Assembly: GCF_006345805.1 (NCBI RefSeq)
Contig: NW_021833046.1
Span: 22,859 to 86,858 of the forward strand
DNA from: Octopus sinensis
Lineage: Eukaryota
Direction: 5' to 3'
DNA length: 64,000 bases
The notes beneath the pieces were generated by a model. The model searched no databases. It was not told where the DNA came from and was given only the letters and a program-made list of their open reading frames with translations. Below, piece by piece: positions 11,478-22,846 of the stretch. The position numbers and the translations under genes are program-made. The first letter of the stretch is position 1; each line of letters begins with the position of its first letter.

Positions 11478-12300
11478 TACACACACACACACTCACACAA
11501 CAAACTAATGGGTTAATTCAGTTAAGTTTTATTTGTGAAATATTGTGTTTTGAATTTGCAATAAAAAGAAATCTATGTTTGTGGTGGAAAGCGATAGTAG
11601 TGTGATGTGGGCGCTAAAAGGGTGGCAGTCCGAAAACGTTTGCAGATCTCTGGTACAGAGCTGCCTCATTGGTATTTGAATATTTTTCAAGGAATACAGG
11701 ATGGATTAAAGATCTAAATGCCTTCTAACAACAAAGATCATTTCCAATGAAGCAGAACATAATTCTAGCCGTTACAAAACTGCTGATTATGTCTAGCTGA
11801 GAAATACCACATTTGGAAGCATTCACTGAAGTCTCCCTCCTCCAGAGGCTCGAAATATTGTCTGTCTTCATCAGAGGAGCTTTTTCTAGACAATTTCCAA
11901 ATGTGTGATTGCCTTAAGCCAAATGACACAAATTTATACATTTCATTTGCAGTGATGTACTTGGAGTAGACTCCCTTCCGTTTGTGACCATAAACTTGAA
12001 CTGGATAACCTCCCTTACATCCTTATAGCCTGGTCATTTTTGACCTTCAACATTTCCGACTTTAAGAATGGGTTAAACTCGTGCTCTGCAGAAATATTAC
12101 AACCATTATCATTCAAAAAACATTGTTAGATAGAGTAGATAGAAATTCACATGTAAAGGGTGAATCACCGAGTATTAACCTATAAACATAAATTCTTCTT
12201 TGTGCTGAGTTTTCCTTAGTTTGCGCATACAAAGACCCCTTCACAAGTACAGTTTGGAATCAGCTACAAGTCAATGCATTTCACTTTATTTTTATATCCT

Positions 12301-12362
<62 letters not shown>

Positions 12363-12699
12363 TGTGTGAATATGTGCGTGTGCGCGTGGAGAGATAATGA
12401 GGGAGAGAGAGAGAGAGAGAGAGAGCAGTTGACATACATCGACATTTAGCTAATCCCATTCTGATAGGAAGGTGGTTACCTTTTTTTACGTACATACACA
12501 ACAGATACTCTCAAGCAACAGACAAAGAAATGTGTTTTTATGTCTTTTAATGAATCCCCCAAGTTTCTGCTTCACTGAAGTAAATTTCTATAAAGACGAG
12601 TTATATTAAATGTCTCTCGAGTTCGAGTTGTAAGCGATCACCTCTGAAACATGATTGGTGGTTGGCAAAACGATTGTGAATGAATACATGAATTAGTAT

Positions 12700-13046
12700 A
12701 TAAATATAAAGAAAATACTTTTATAAAAATAGCATATTGCTATTGAAATTAGGCGTAAATAGAAATTTAGTAATTCACATCACGTGTCAATTGTGTGCTA
12801 AATAAACTCTAGGCCGGCGAGCAAGATTTAACAACGATGCTTTTGAAAGTAAACTTTCAATTGGAAAGATTATGACTTTTTAACAAAAAAAAAAGCGGGG
12901 TGCAAAAGGGGGAGGTTAAGATAAGATAAACGTGAGTGGCAGTTGAAGGTAATTAAATGAAAATACAAAAAGAAGCGCATATGTGTTAGCCCAGTCCCCA
13001 AATCTAGGTCGTTTTTGCTCCGATAGACGAAGTTTTGTTAGAAATC
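12700..13046 (+). promoter_or_regulatory. Probable promoter/5' UTR region of the Ldh_2 gene
   Basis: Lies immediately upstream of the ATG and retains more CpG than most of the window; the TSS cannot be located from sequence. Confidence 0.45.
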
Positions 13047-13215
13047 ATGGCTGCAGCAGCTAAATTCGTGGTAGTCAGCACCGAGGAATTGTTTTCGTTT
13101 GTTGTGCGATGTATTGAGAAAGCTGGAGGGAAAGTTTCACATGCTGAAGCATTAGCAGAATTATTAGTTGCTGCAGACAAACGTGGACATTTTAGTCATG
13201 GGCTGAACAGACTTG
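13047..13215 (+). CDS. Ldh_2-family oxidoreductase, exon 1 of 12 (MAAAAKFVVV...ADKRGHFSHGLNRL)
   Basis: ATG at 13047 with an in-frame upstream TAG at 13005-13007; family motif AD.RG..SHG..RL; donor GTGAG at 13216; 169 nt, phase 1. Confidence 0.93.
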
Positions 13216-13451
13216 GTGAGTTTATTTCTTGGTGTTTTCTTTTCTTCTTTTATAATTTCATTTCTAGTTCGTCCACGATTATTGTTAAACGAATCACACC
13301 AATCGGTAATTGTTACGATCGAGAGGCATTCCTATACAATAGAGTCGGAAATTACCTAGTGCGTAAAATACTGTAGTTTCTTCGGATGCATATTTTGAAA
13401 ATTTTTTCAGATGTTATAGACATATGAAACTATGATTCTTTAAAAATATGC

Positions 13452-13707
13452 GGTACTATTTAAGAAGAGTGGTCCCGGTGCGCGCACTCGCGCATCCGCA
13501 CTAGCTAGTCGTGACTAGACGATCCTAAAACGATTACCTAGCAAAGTAAATAAAACACAAAATAAATAATTTTTTTACACAAAGTAAATAAATATTTTAA
13601 AACAAAGTGAATAAAACACAAAGTAAGGATCAACTAGTCACGACTAGCTGGCGCAGACGCGCGATTACGCGAGTGCGCGCACTGGACCACTCTTTTTAAA
13701 TAGTACC
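13452..13707. mobile_element. Mutator-like MITE with 9-bp TSD
   Basis: Long TIRs beginning GGTACTATTTAA; identical 9-bp flanks aaaatatgc at 13443-13451 and 13708-13716. Confidence 0.9.
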
Positions 13708-14609
13708 AAAATATGCGTAGCATAAATCTACTGAAAACCTGCAAAAGGATGGAGCAGTCCACGCTTTACCTTTTTTTAATGGTAGATTTGTAGTGTACGA
13801 ATATGAAATTACTATTTTTGATGCCCGCGATCATTGTTGACTTTAATCCTGTCGAAACGAAGTCGCTTCTACGGAGTTGTTCAGCGATCGAATCACGCAC
13901 AACTCACCGTCGTAAATACGCATAGGACAGATTACATAATGCAGTTCTACATATTCCTCAATAAAAGAAATGGTCACTACTGGAACATCTATAGCAGTAG
14001 GACTGCTCGCTGTCATATTGTTGTATGTATTATGAATGTAATTGCTTCATGTTATTATATTATACACTCACAAACTTGGTACTGATTAAGAATTTTGTAC
14101 GAATAGCTACCGTAAAAGGGGCACGTATAATATATATACTGAAAGCATAAGGGCTGGAATTTAGTGCGGAGAAGACAAGTCGATCACTACTACTAAATTT
14201 ATCGACTCCGAAAAGATGAAAGGCAAAAGTCGACCTCGGCGGAATTCGAACTCACAACCTAACGACGGGCGAAGTACCACGAAGCATTTCGGCCGGCGTG
14301 CTAGTGATTCTGCCAGCTCGCCGCCCTACAAAGTGAACGCATAATATAATACCATATAATATGCGCCTCGATTTTGAAGCCAAATTGTCTGAGTAGATGG
14401 GGAAAATAAGTTATGTCATTCCATGTATTATGTCACAATTTTAATCTTGATAGTGGCGAAGGAAGGACGTGTTCTTTGTGGGAGTTTTACGGTATATCTT
14501 ACATGACATGCAGCCTGGGGAATTTTGTGGAAAGGGAAACGAGTGAGTGAATGGACATTTAAATTCATTGCAAGGACAGCAACGTGGATACCAAGGGAAA
14601 TTACTCTAC

Positions 14610-14657
<48 letters not shown>

Positions 14658-14984
14658 CTCTCTCTCTCTCTTCTCTCCTCTTTCTCTCTCCAGGATATGT
14701 CTTTGGAAGTGTTTGTTGCGTAAAGTTGCCCAGAGTTACCTGACTTGAAAAGTATTTCAAACGACGATCCACAGAGGGAGCATCTGTGTAGCCGTATTAT
14801 TTACAACACTCCCCCCCCCAACTTTCAGATTAAAGCCAACTCTATGAAAACTCGGTTAACGAATTCGCTTAAAGCGGGATTGTCATCGCTAAACAGTCTG
14901 AGAACAACGTTAAACGGATGTCACATTATATTTTTAATTGCGTCATTCAGTGACTCCAAATCGACCATATATTTATATAATATA

Positions 14985-15500
14985 CTAGCAGTATCGCCCG
15001 GCGTTGCTCGGATTTGTAAGGGAAATAACTATATAAGCATTTTTAGAGAGTTACTTCCCTTATAGATGCCAATTCGGGCTTTCTTAGCCATTTCTGTTTT
15101 GGTGTCTTCAAGCCATGAAGTCGTTGTTCTAAAAGAACGCTGGTCTCCTTGACAACGCTTTACGACGTTGATTTCCTTACACTCCCTTCCCCACAGCTTC
15201 ACGAGGGAGGGAAGGGGGAGAAGCAAACACAGGTGCAGGTGTTTGAGCGTGGACGCCAACTCCGCCGCCATCGACACACGATGCATTTTATGCATTAAAA
15301 TGGAATAAAAAATGATGTTAAATTATTTTAAAAATCGTAGACTCATCGTAGACGCGCGCTAATACTCAGACGGGCTCGATATGAATCACGACTATAAGAT
15401 ACCCGAATTTGGTTAAACTGCACCGCAAAGTGTGGGAGTAGTTAGGAATCTAAATCGAAGGGGACAGACACTCACACAACTACAGTTTTATATATATAGA
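14985..15500 (-). mobile_element. Non-autonomous Helitron
   Basis: On the minus strand starts TC after A and ends hairpin ccgagcaacgccggg then CTAG before T; no TSD; near-identical to 18454-18966. Confidence 0.9.
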
Positions 15501-15675
15501 TATTTCTTTAATAGTCCTATTATTTAAGGCAATTATTACGTCTTCGCCTGACACCAGTTGCTCAGTTCGCTTTACGCCCAGTTTGCTTTACGCTCACTTT
15601 GAATAAAAGAAGTATTAGGAAATTACGGAGATGCGAATGACCTGATCTGAGACCGTGTGCTGGAATGAAAACAAT

Positions 15676-15895
15676 TGCAGCGTGGAAGGTGTCTATAATC
15701 CATTTAAGAAACACACAAAAACCGTTAGATTCACTTCAACTTTTTAATTTAATTTGCCAAAATATTTGAGACCACGACTTGTTCACTGACAAATTTCTGA
15801 CGAAAATATTTTGGCAAATTAAATTTAAAAGTTGAAGTGAATCTAACGGTTTTTGTGTGTTTCTTAAATGGATTATAAACACCTTCCACGCTGCA
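15676..15895. repeat. Near-perfect foldback (92-bp arms, 36-nt loop)
   Basis: 15676-15767 versus the reverse complement of 15804-15895: 2 mismatches. Confidence 0.92.
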
Positions 15896-16031
15896 TATTA
15901 GGAAATGCTTTGAAAATAAGAAAGGCCAAGGACGAAGACACTTAACCATGTTTCCCACCAAATTTTTTAAAAACATGAATATTTAAAGCTATATATTTTT
16001 TAACCACACACACACACACACGATATTTGTA

Positions 16032-16243
16032 GGTTAATCTCTAGTTTAAAACCCGATCACAAAAATGAAAAAAAATAGTGTAATAGGTGTTAAATAATGG
16101 GTAAATTTTTACCAAATTATGTGTAGTAAACGAAAATTGCACGCTAAAGAACGGGCCTTTTTTTCCCCATATTCTTTAACTACACATTATTTAACACCTA
16201 TTACACTATTTTTTATTTCATTTTTGTAACCTAGAGATTAACC
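16032..16243. mobile_element. MITE-like inverted repeat
   Basis: ggttaatctctag...aaaaatagtgtaataggtgttaaataatg mirrored by cattatttaacacctattacactatttt...ctagagattaacc. Confidence 0.65.
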
Positions 16244-17212
16244 AGTTTTTATTTGGACGGTAAAGAGAGCAATACAAAATCACTCTAGTTCACTATATTT
16301 TTCTTTGAATCCTTTCATAAAGACCTCGTCTAGTTTTGTCACAATTACTGAATAAGTTTAGAAAACTAATCAGTTACCACCTTTGTGGATAAAAAGGAAT
16401 TGTTTACTGTAGCAGGAATATTCAGTTAACGCCGATATCACAGGTCACTAGAATATTGCCCACATAATCAACAAAACCTGACCAATCATGATTTTGTGTC
16501 GAATAGTCTCCCACAATGATTTTTTTATTTTGGCGCGCTTTCTTCTGAGCCTATTGACTAGTATAAATTCAGTACATTGTGACTACTGGACTGAGAGCTT
16601 TGGGCTGTGATAGAGAGAGCATTGACAGACATACACACACAGCTGACAGCACCAAGGCAGTGAACAGTCAGTGGATGAACAACACTAGAAATCAACTGCA
16701 CGCAAGCACTAACCACACTTTATCTGCCAGAACTACATCAAACACAAAAAGTCTCTCAATGTTTTGTCATTCATAGTAACAACAACTATCATATGTACAC
16801 AATAAATTGTTGTTTATCAAAATCTCAACAGACTCCAGTGTTCCTTTCCATACATTACTTTAACCCTTTAGCGTTCAGATTATTCAATCAAACATAATGC
16901 CTATTGATTCCCATTGATTTGAATTAATCATGCATTATCTCATATCTTCAAGATGTTGATGGTGTAATTATTTAATGTAGAATAACATTGTAGGGTAGGT
17001 GTGAGAGCCTGGATCTGGTCAGTTTGAACATAAAACAGATTAGCTATTTTGGCTGGTTTAAATACTAAAGGGTTAAAAGTCCATCATTTCAAAAACGTTG
17101 GTAAGAGTTGAAAAAAAGAAAGAAAAGAAACATTTTACAGAATTAGAAGAGATTGTCACAGCAATGCTATGTTATTTGCATTATAAATTTCTCATTCATG
17201 GGAAGTGTGAGA

Positions 17213-17490
17213 CAGTATGGTGAACAAACTGTTGTCTAAATTATGCAAAGACGAAAATAACACTGACATCTCATTTTGGCAGATCTATTTACCAGCATTA
17301 CATAAAAAAAATATCTTGAAATACTAAAGAGTAAATGTATTCAATAAAATCACCATTGGCTTCAACCATAGCCTCCAGACAACTTTGGAATCTCCTGCAA
17401 CTCTTCTGGATGGTCTCCTTGTTTAGGTTGGTGAATACTGCCATAATCCTTGCCTTCAGTTCATCTTTGATTTTTACTTGAGTACAAATA
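17213..17490 (-). mobile_element. Tc1/mariner 3' fragment of the same family as 20937-21757
   Basis: Clear similarity to 20945-21200 (ctaaattatgcaaaga...aataaaatc.ccattggcttcaacc). Confidence 0.75.
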
Positions 17491-18313
17491 TGATAGAGAT
17501 AACTCGTGATACCTGCTTAGGAATGGCTCACTGGCACCGTACATTTCATATCATCAGCATCGTCATCATTTAACACCCATTTTCCATGCTGGTGTGGGTT
17601 GGATGGTTTGAACAAAGCTGGTAAGCTGGAGGGCTGCACTAAGCTTCAGTTGTCTGTTTTGGCATAATTTCTATGGCTAGATGCACTTACTAATCCAACC
17701 ACTCCACAGAGTGTACTAGGTGCTTTTTACATGGTACCCTTTTCTTGTGGTGCCAGCTCAAGTGCTCTTTTATGTGGTGCTGGCATGTGTGCTATTTTAC
17801 AAGGTACCAGCATTGGTGCTTTTTAAGTTGCACCAACACGGGTGCTTTTTACATGGCACCAGCACATAAATTTATGTGTGTATAAGCTCAGTGATGGCTT
17901 TGTAGTAAGAAGTTTCCTTCTCAACCATATGGTTCTAGGTTCAGTCCCATGCATGGCATCTTGAGCAGATGTCGTTTACAATAGACCTGGGATGACCAAA
18001 GCCTTGTGAATGGACTTGGTAGATGACAACTGAAAGAAACCAGTGGTATGTGTAAATATATATTTTTATATATGTTTGTGTTTGTCCCCCATTATTGCTT
18101 GACAACTGGTGTTTGTTTACTTTCCAGTAACTTAACAGTTCTGCAAGAAAGACTGATAGAATAAGTACCAGTCTTAAAATGGAGAGCAAGAAAAAAGACT
18201 ACTGGGGTTCATTTGTTCAATCAAAACATTTAAAAGCAGTACCTTGATGTGACTGCAATCCAATGATTAAAACCAGTAAAAGATAAAAAGGTATACATAT
18301 ATATATAATATAC

Positions 18314-19043
18314 ATGAGGGAGTACTGAAAAGTTCCTGGCTTTAAGAATATTGTGAAAGGCCTGGGTGAAGGCCCAACCTTCTGAGTTCTATTACAGGGC
18401 TTAGAAGAACTGAAGGATGACTGCAATAAGTGTGTGAATCTGAGAAGGGTATATCTATATATATAAAACTGTAGTTGTGTGAGTGTCTGTCCCCTTCGAT
18501 TTAGATTCCTAACTACTCCCACATTTTGCGGTGCAGTTTAACCAAATTCAGGTATCTTATAGTCGTGATTAATATCGAGCCCGTCTGGGTATTAGCGCGC
18601 GTCTACTATGAGTCTACGATTTAAAAAATAATTTAACATCATTTTTTATTCCATTTTAATGCATAATTTTTCGTGTGTCGATGGCGGCAGAGTTGGCGTC
18701 CATGGTCACACCTGCACCTGTTTGCTTCTCCCCCTTCTTCCCTCCCTCTTGAAGCTGTGGGGAAGGGAGTGTAAGGAAATCAACGTCGTAAAGCGTTGTC
18801 AAGGAGACCAGCGTTCTTTTAGAACAACGACTTCATGGCTTGAAGACACCAAAACAGAAATGGCTAAGAAAGCCCGAATTGGCATCTATAAGGGAAGTAA
18901 CTCTCTATAAATGCTTATATAGTTATTTCCCTTACAAACCCGAGCAACGCCGGGCGATACTGCTAGTATTGAATAAAATCATAATTGACTGATCCTCCTG
19001 TATTTCATTTACCCAAAGCTAGGGATTTTTCAGCACGCACCCT
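18314..19043 (+). mobile_element. Mariner-derived MITE interrupted by a Helitron
   Basis: TIR-like atgagggagtactgaaaagtt at the left and ttttcagcacgcacct at the right; mariner C-terminal remnant LEELKD.CNKCVNLR split at 18453/18967. Confidence 0.65.
18454..18966 (+). mobile_element. Non-autonomous Helitron
   Basis: A|TC start, 3' hairpin cccgagcaacgccggg, CTAG|T end. Confidence 0.9.
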
Positions 19044-19579
19044 ATATGTATTTACAAAACTAGAGTACAGTTCACATATCAGCCACAGTTATGAATATTT
19101 AATGTAATTTGTGTATCATATGATCACTGTATGGTGAATATTCTAGTTTTGTAAAAAATGTGATTCAAAGCAATAAAAAAACTTTGTGATGTTAGATTTA
19201 GTTGCCAGACTGGTTAGGGTGAGCTGCCAGATGAAAACTTTTCTAAACATTTGATGGGAACAGCCATAAACACTCACTCGTGGTTGCAATATTACCAGGT
19301 TCCATAATTTAGTTCAACTTCAGCAACAAAAGACATTCTCGGTTACATAATGCTGTGTATCCAGCAACATTATAAAGAAGGTGTAAAAAAAAAAAAGAGC
19401 AACCAGATTGGTAGCTGTTGATAGGTCAAATAACAATGGGAATTGTTAAAAACCACTTCATGAACAATGAGAGGAATAAATATTTGCAACAAAAATTCAA
19501 TTGAAAAAATGTTTATGAAATATAATATTTGTTTAAAAACTTTATCTTTTTAATACTTTCCTGTCAGTAGCAAAGTGTT

Positions 19580-20097
19580 CATCATCATCATCATCATCAG
19601 CATCGTTTAACGTCCGTTCTCCATGCTAGCATGGGTTGGATGGTTCGACCGGGGATCTGGGAAGCCAGAAGGCTGCACCAGGCTCCAGTCTTATCTGGCA
19701 GTGTTTCTACAGCTGGATGCCCTTCCTAACGCCAACCACTCCGTGAGTGTAGTGGGTGCTTTTTACGTGCCACCTGCACAGGTGCCAGGCAAGGCTGGCA
19801 ACGGCCACGGTCGGATTGGTGTATTTTACGTGCCACCGGCACGGAAGCCAGTCGAGACGGCGCTGGCATCGGCCACGAGTCGGATAGTGCTTTTTACGTA
19901 CCACCAGGCCAGGGATCCTGGCTGGTTCAATTCGATTTCGATTTCGATTTCGCTTGCCCCAACATGTCTTCGCAAGCAAAGGGGGTTGGCATGGGTGCCT
20001 GTCGTCGGATGAGGTTCTATATCGACTTCGCTTGCCTCAACAGGTCTTTGTGTCCAAGGGAGGAAAGGCATGCATAAGTGGGCTGGGCTCACTTGTC
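19580..20097 (-). mobile_element. (GAT)n-tailed retroposon family B, young copy
   Basis: Nearly identical to 33688-34155 over about 470 bp. Confidence 0.85.
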
Positions 20098-20565
20098 CTG
20101 TCTGGTCTTTTCACGTACAGCATATTTATATTTAAAAAAATAGGAAAATCTCATGCTAACATAAGTGATATATTGAGACATCAGTTAATCAACACAAGCA
20201 TAGCTGTCTTCATCGTTGTTGTTATTATAGTTATCATCATCATCATCATCAACACCATCGTCATGTCCACTTTCCTGTGCTCAGACAGGTTCAGTGAAAT
20301 TTGTCAAGTTGGATGTTCTACAGCCAGATACCCTACCTGTAATCAACCCTCACCTGTTTCGAGTAAAAAGTAATATTCTCTGATGACCAGACATGTTTTC
20401 ACGTAAGATTAGAAATGAAGGATTATTTGCATGAGAGGGATTCTCATTAACAATGATCACATGATGTGTATCAAGGCAAAGAGAGTAACAAGCACACACA
20501 CACACACAACACACACACCACCTGTTCTGGCATTGTGATTATATATATATATGTGTGTGTGTGTG

Positions 20566-20900
20566 TAGGTGCATGGCTCAGTGGTTAGAGTGTTGAGCTT
20601 ACGATCGTGAGGTTGTCAGTTCGATTCCTGGACCGGGCTGCGTGTTGTGTTCTTGAGCAAGACACTCTATTTTACGTTGTTCCGGTTAACTTAGCTGTAG
20701 AAATGAGTTACGACATCACAGGTGCCAAGCTGTATCGGCCCCTTTGCCTTTCACTTGGATAACATCAGTGGTGCAGAGAGGGGAGGCTGGTATGCATGGG
20801 CGACTGCTGGCCATCCACAAACAACCTTGCCCGGACTTATGCCTGGGAGGGTAACTTTCTAGGTGCAATCCCATGATCATTCATGACCAAAGGGGGTCTC
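20566..20900 (+). mobile_element. tRNA-derived SINE, family D
   Basis: Box A-like tggctcagtgg, box B-like gttcgattcc, then gtgttcttgagcaagacact; second diverged copy at about 40005-40310. Confidence 0.75.
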
Positions 20901-20936
20901 CATATATATACATGTATATATATTTACATATACACA

Positions 20937-21757
20937 CAGGATGGGGTGAATAAACTATCGTCTAAATTATGCAAAGAAGCAAATAACACTTACATCTCAT
21001 TTTAACAGATATATTTACCAAAATTACATAAAAATATCTCTAAGTACTAAAAAGTAAATTTATTCAATAAAATCGCCATTGGCTTCAACCACAGCCTCCA
21101 AACAACTTTGGAATCTCCTGCAGCTCTTCTCGACAGTCTCTTGGTGAATGCTGCCATAATCTTTGCCTTCAGTTCATCTTTGGTGTTACAAAGAGTTTTG
21201 TTGGTCTCTCGCTCAACTGCGTCCCACATATAATAATCAAGGGGATTGCAGTTTGGGGAGTTAGGTGGCCAGATGTTAGGGGTGATGTGGTCGCAGAAAT
21301 TGTCTGACAGCCATGACTGGGTTCTCTCGCTTCTGTCGCAGGGTGCAGAATCCTTTTGTCAGACCTAGGGGCTTCCATCAGCCACCCTCTTGAGCCTGGG
21401 CAGCACTACCTCTTTCAGGCACTTAAAGTAGGCCTCTGTGTTGAGTGTGAGGCCGTGTGGGAAGATCAATGGAGGCAAAACCTCACAATCACTAGTGATC
21501 ACTCCAAACATAATGATGTTGACTGGATGTTTGAATTTTATCACTCTTGGTACATGACTTCAGAGCAACACACTGATACTCTGAAGTGGTCATATTGGAG
21601 CTTCTGGCATGAATACCAAGCAGTACGAGGTGTTTTTCTCACAGACGGTGCCCAACTGACCCTACTATACTGTGTAGTCAACAAAATCAAAAACAAACTA
21701 TGTGCATGCGCAAAATAAAAAAATATAAAATGGAAACAACTTACACATCACACCCTG
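20937..21757 (-). mobile_element. Internally deleted Tc1/mariner transposon
   Basis: Minus-strand remnants PLDYY.WDAVERETNK..NTKDELKAKI; termini cagg..(20937) and caccctg (21751-21757) next to TA. Confidence 0.8.
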
Positions 21758-21802
<45 letters not shown>

Positions 21803-22303
21803 GTTGGGCTGCTTGCAGTTTATGTCAACTTTATCCTCCACTCAGAAAGCTTTGATTGGCTCGGGGCTATAGTAGAAGACATTTGCCTGAGGCATCATGC
21901 AGTGATACTGACCCTAGAACCATGTGGTTGGGAAGCAAACTTCTTACCACATGACTATGCTTGTACTAATATATATATAGGGAGAGTTTACGAAAAAACA
22001 AAAGACGAAGACAGGTGGTGTAGAAAACAAACAGATGTATTAGTATAACGCTCAGGAATAGAAAAAGTCTTTTACCTTTCAAGCCTACACTCTTCTACAG
22101 AAAGGGACACAGAAAAAACAAGGAGAGAAAAAAATGTGTATAGTGGCTAATACATATACACACACATATATATAAATACAGAGAGAGAGAGAGAGCAATA
22201 TATGAAGTTGCCGAAATTTTACTATAGAATGTTGATAATTTTGACAATGAATTCTAAGACATGTTTAGTCACGAAATGACCTAAATCCATGATGTTTTGA
22301 AAG

Positions 22304-22530
22304 TATGAGGGTCACCTGAAAAGTTCATAAGCTGACCATGATACTCTCATGGAATGTCACCAAATTGGGTTTGCTTTTCAACATAGCCTCCTCTGCAGTC
22401 CACACACTTCTCCCATTAGTGTTGTAGTGCTTGGTACCCATTGGTAAGTACCTTTTGTCCTGTTGGTCAAAAAATTTGCTAACAACAGATATGACATCAT
22501 CATCACTGCGATACTGGTTCATAAACAAGT
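22304..22530 (-). mobile_element. Mariner transposase 3' remnant with TIR
   Basis: ORF 22325-22585 reads SDDDVISVVSKFFDQQDK, like the mariner C-terminus; TIR-like tatgagggtcacctgaaaagtt at about 22304. Confidence 0.7.
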
Positions 22531-22569
22531 GTTGTTTTTTGGGGGTTTTTTTTTCAGTGTTTAGAAATA

Positions 22570-22840
22570 AAAAGAGAAATAGCATTTACAAAACAGCTAC
22601 AAGGGCAGGCTGAAAAGTTGATAGGTTGATTAAGTGCTTTCAATGACTGCTGCGCATGACTGGGATTTGAACAGTTGATGGGACCAAATCAGGAGGGTAG
22701 GGAGTGGGGCGTTCAACAAGTTCAAATCAATGTCATGCACAGCAGTCATTGAAAGCAAGGACGTGTGTGCTGGATCACATAATCAACCTATGAACTTTTC
22801 AGCCTGCCCTTGTAGTTGTTTTGTAAATGGTATCTCTTTT
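22570..22840. repeat. Foldback containing mariner-like TIRs plus mirrored flanking DNA
   Basis: catttacaaaacagctacaagggcaggctgaaaagtt... mirrored by ...aacttttcagcctgcccttgtagttgttttgtaaatg. Confidence 0.85.
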
Positions 22841-22846
22841 TAATTC

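Noticed and set aside
13216-13376. Continuation of ORF 13035-13376 past HGLNRL (likewise ORFs 26906, 35593, 38571, 46158)
   Set aside because: Read-through into introns; family similarity stops exactly at the GT/AG sites.
22040-22110. Hammerhead-like remnant (tagaaga-gtgtaggctt-GAAA-gg-ta) on the minus strand
   Set aside because: Core nucleotides deviate from CUGANGA and stem III is broken; at best a decayed Penelope-type end.
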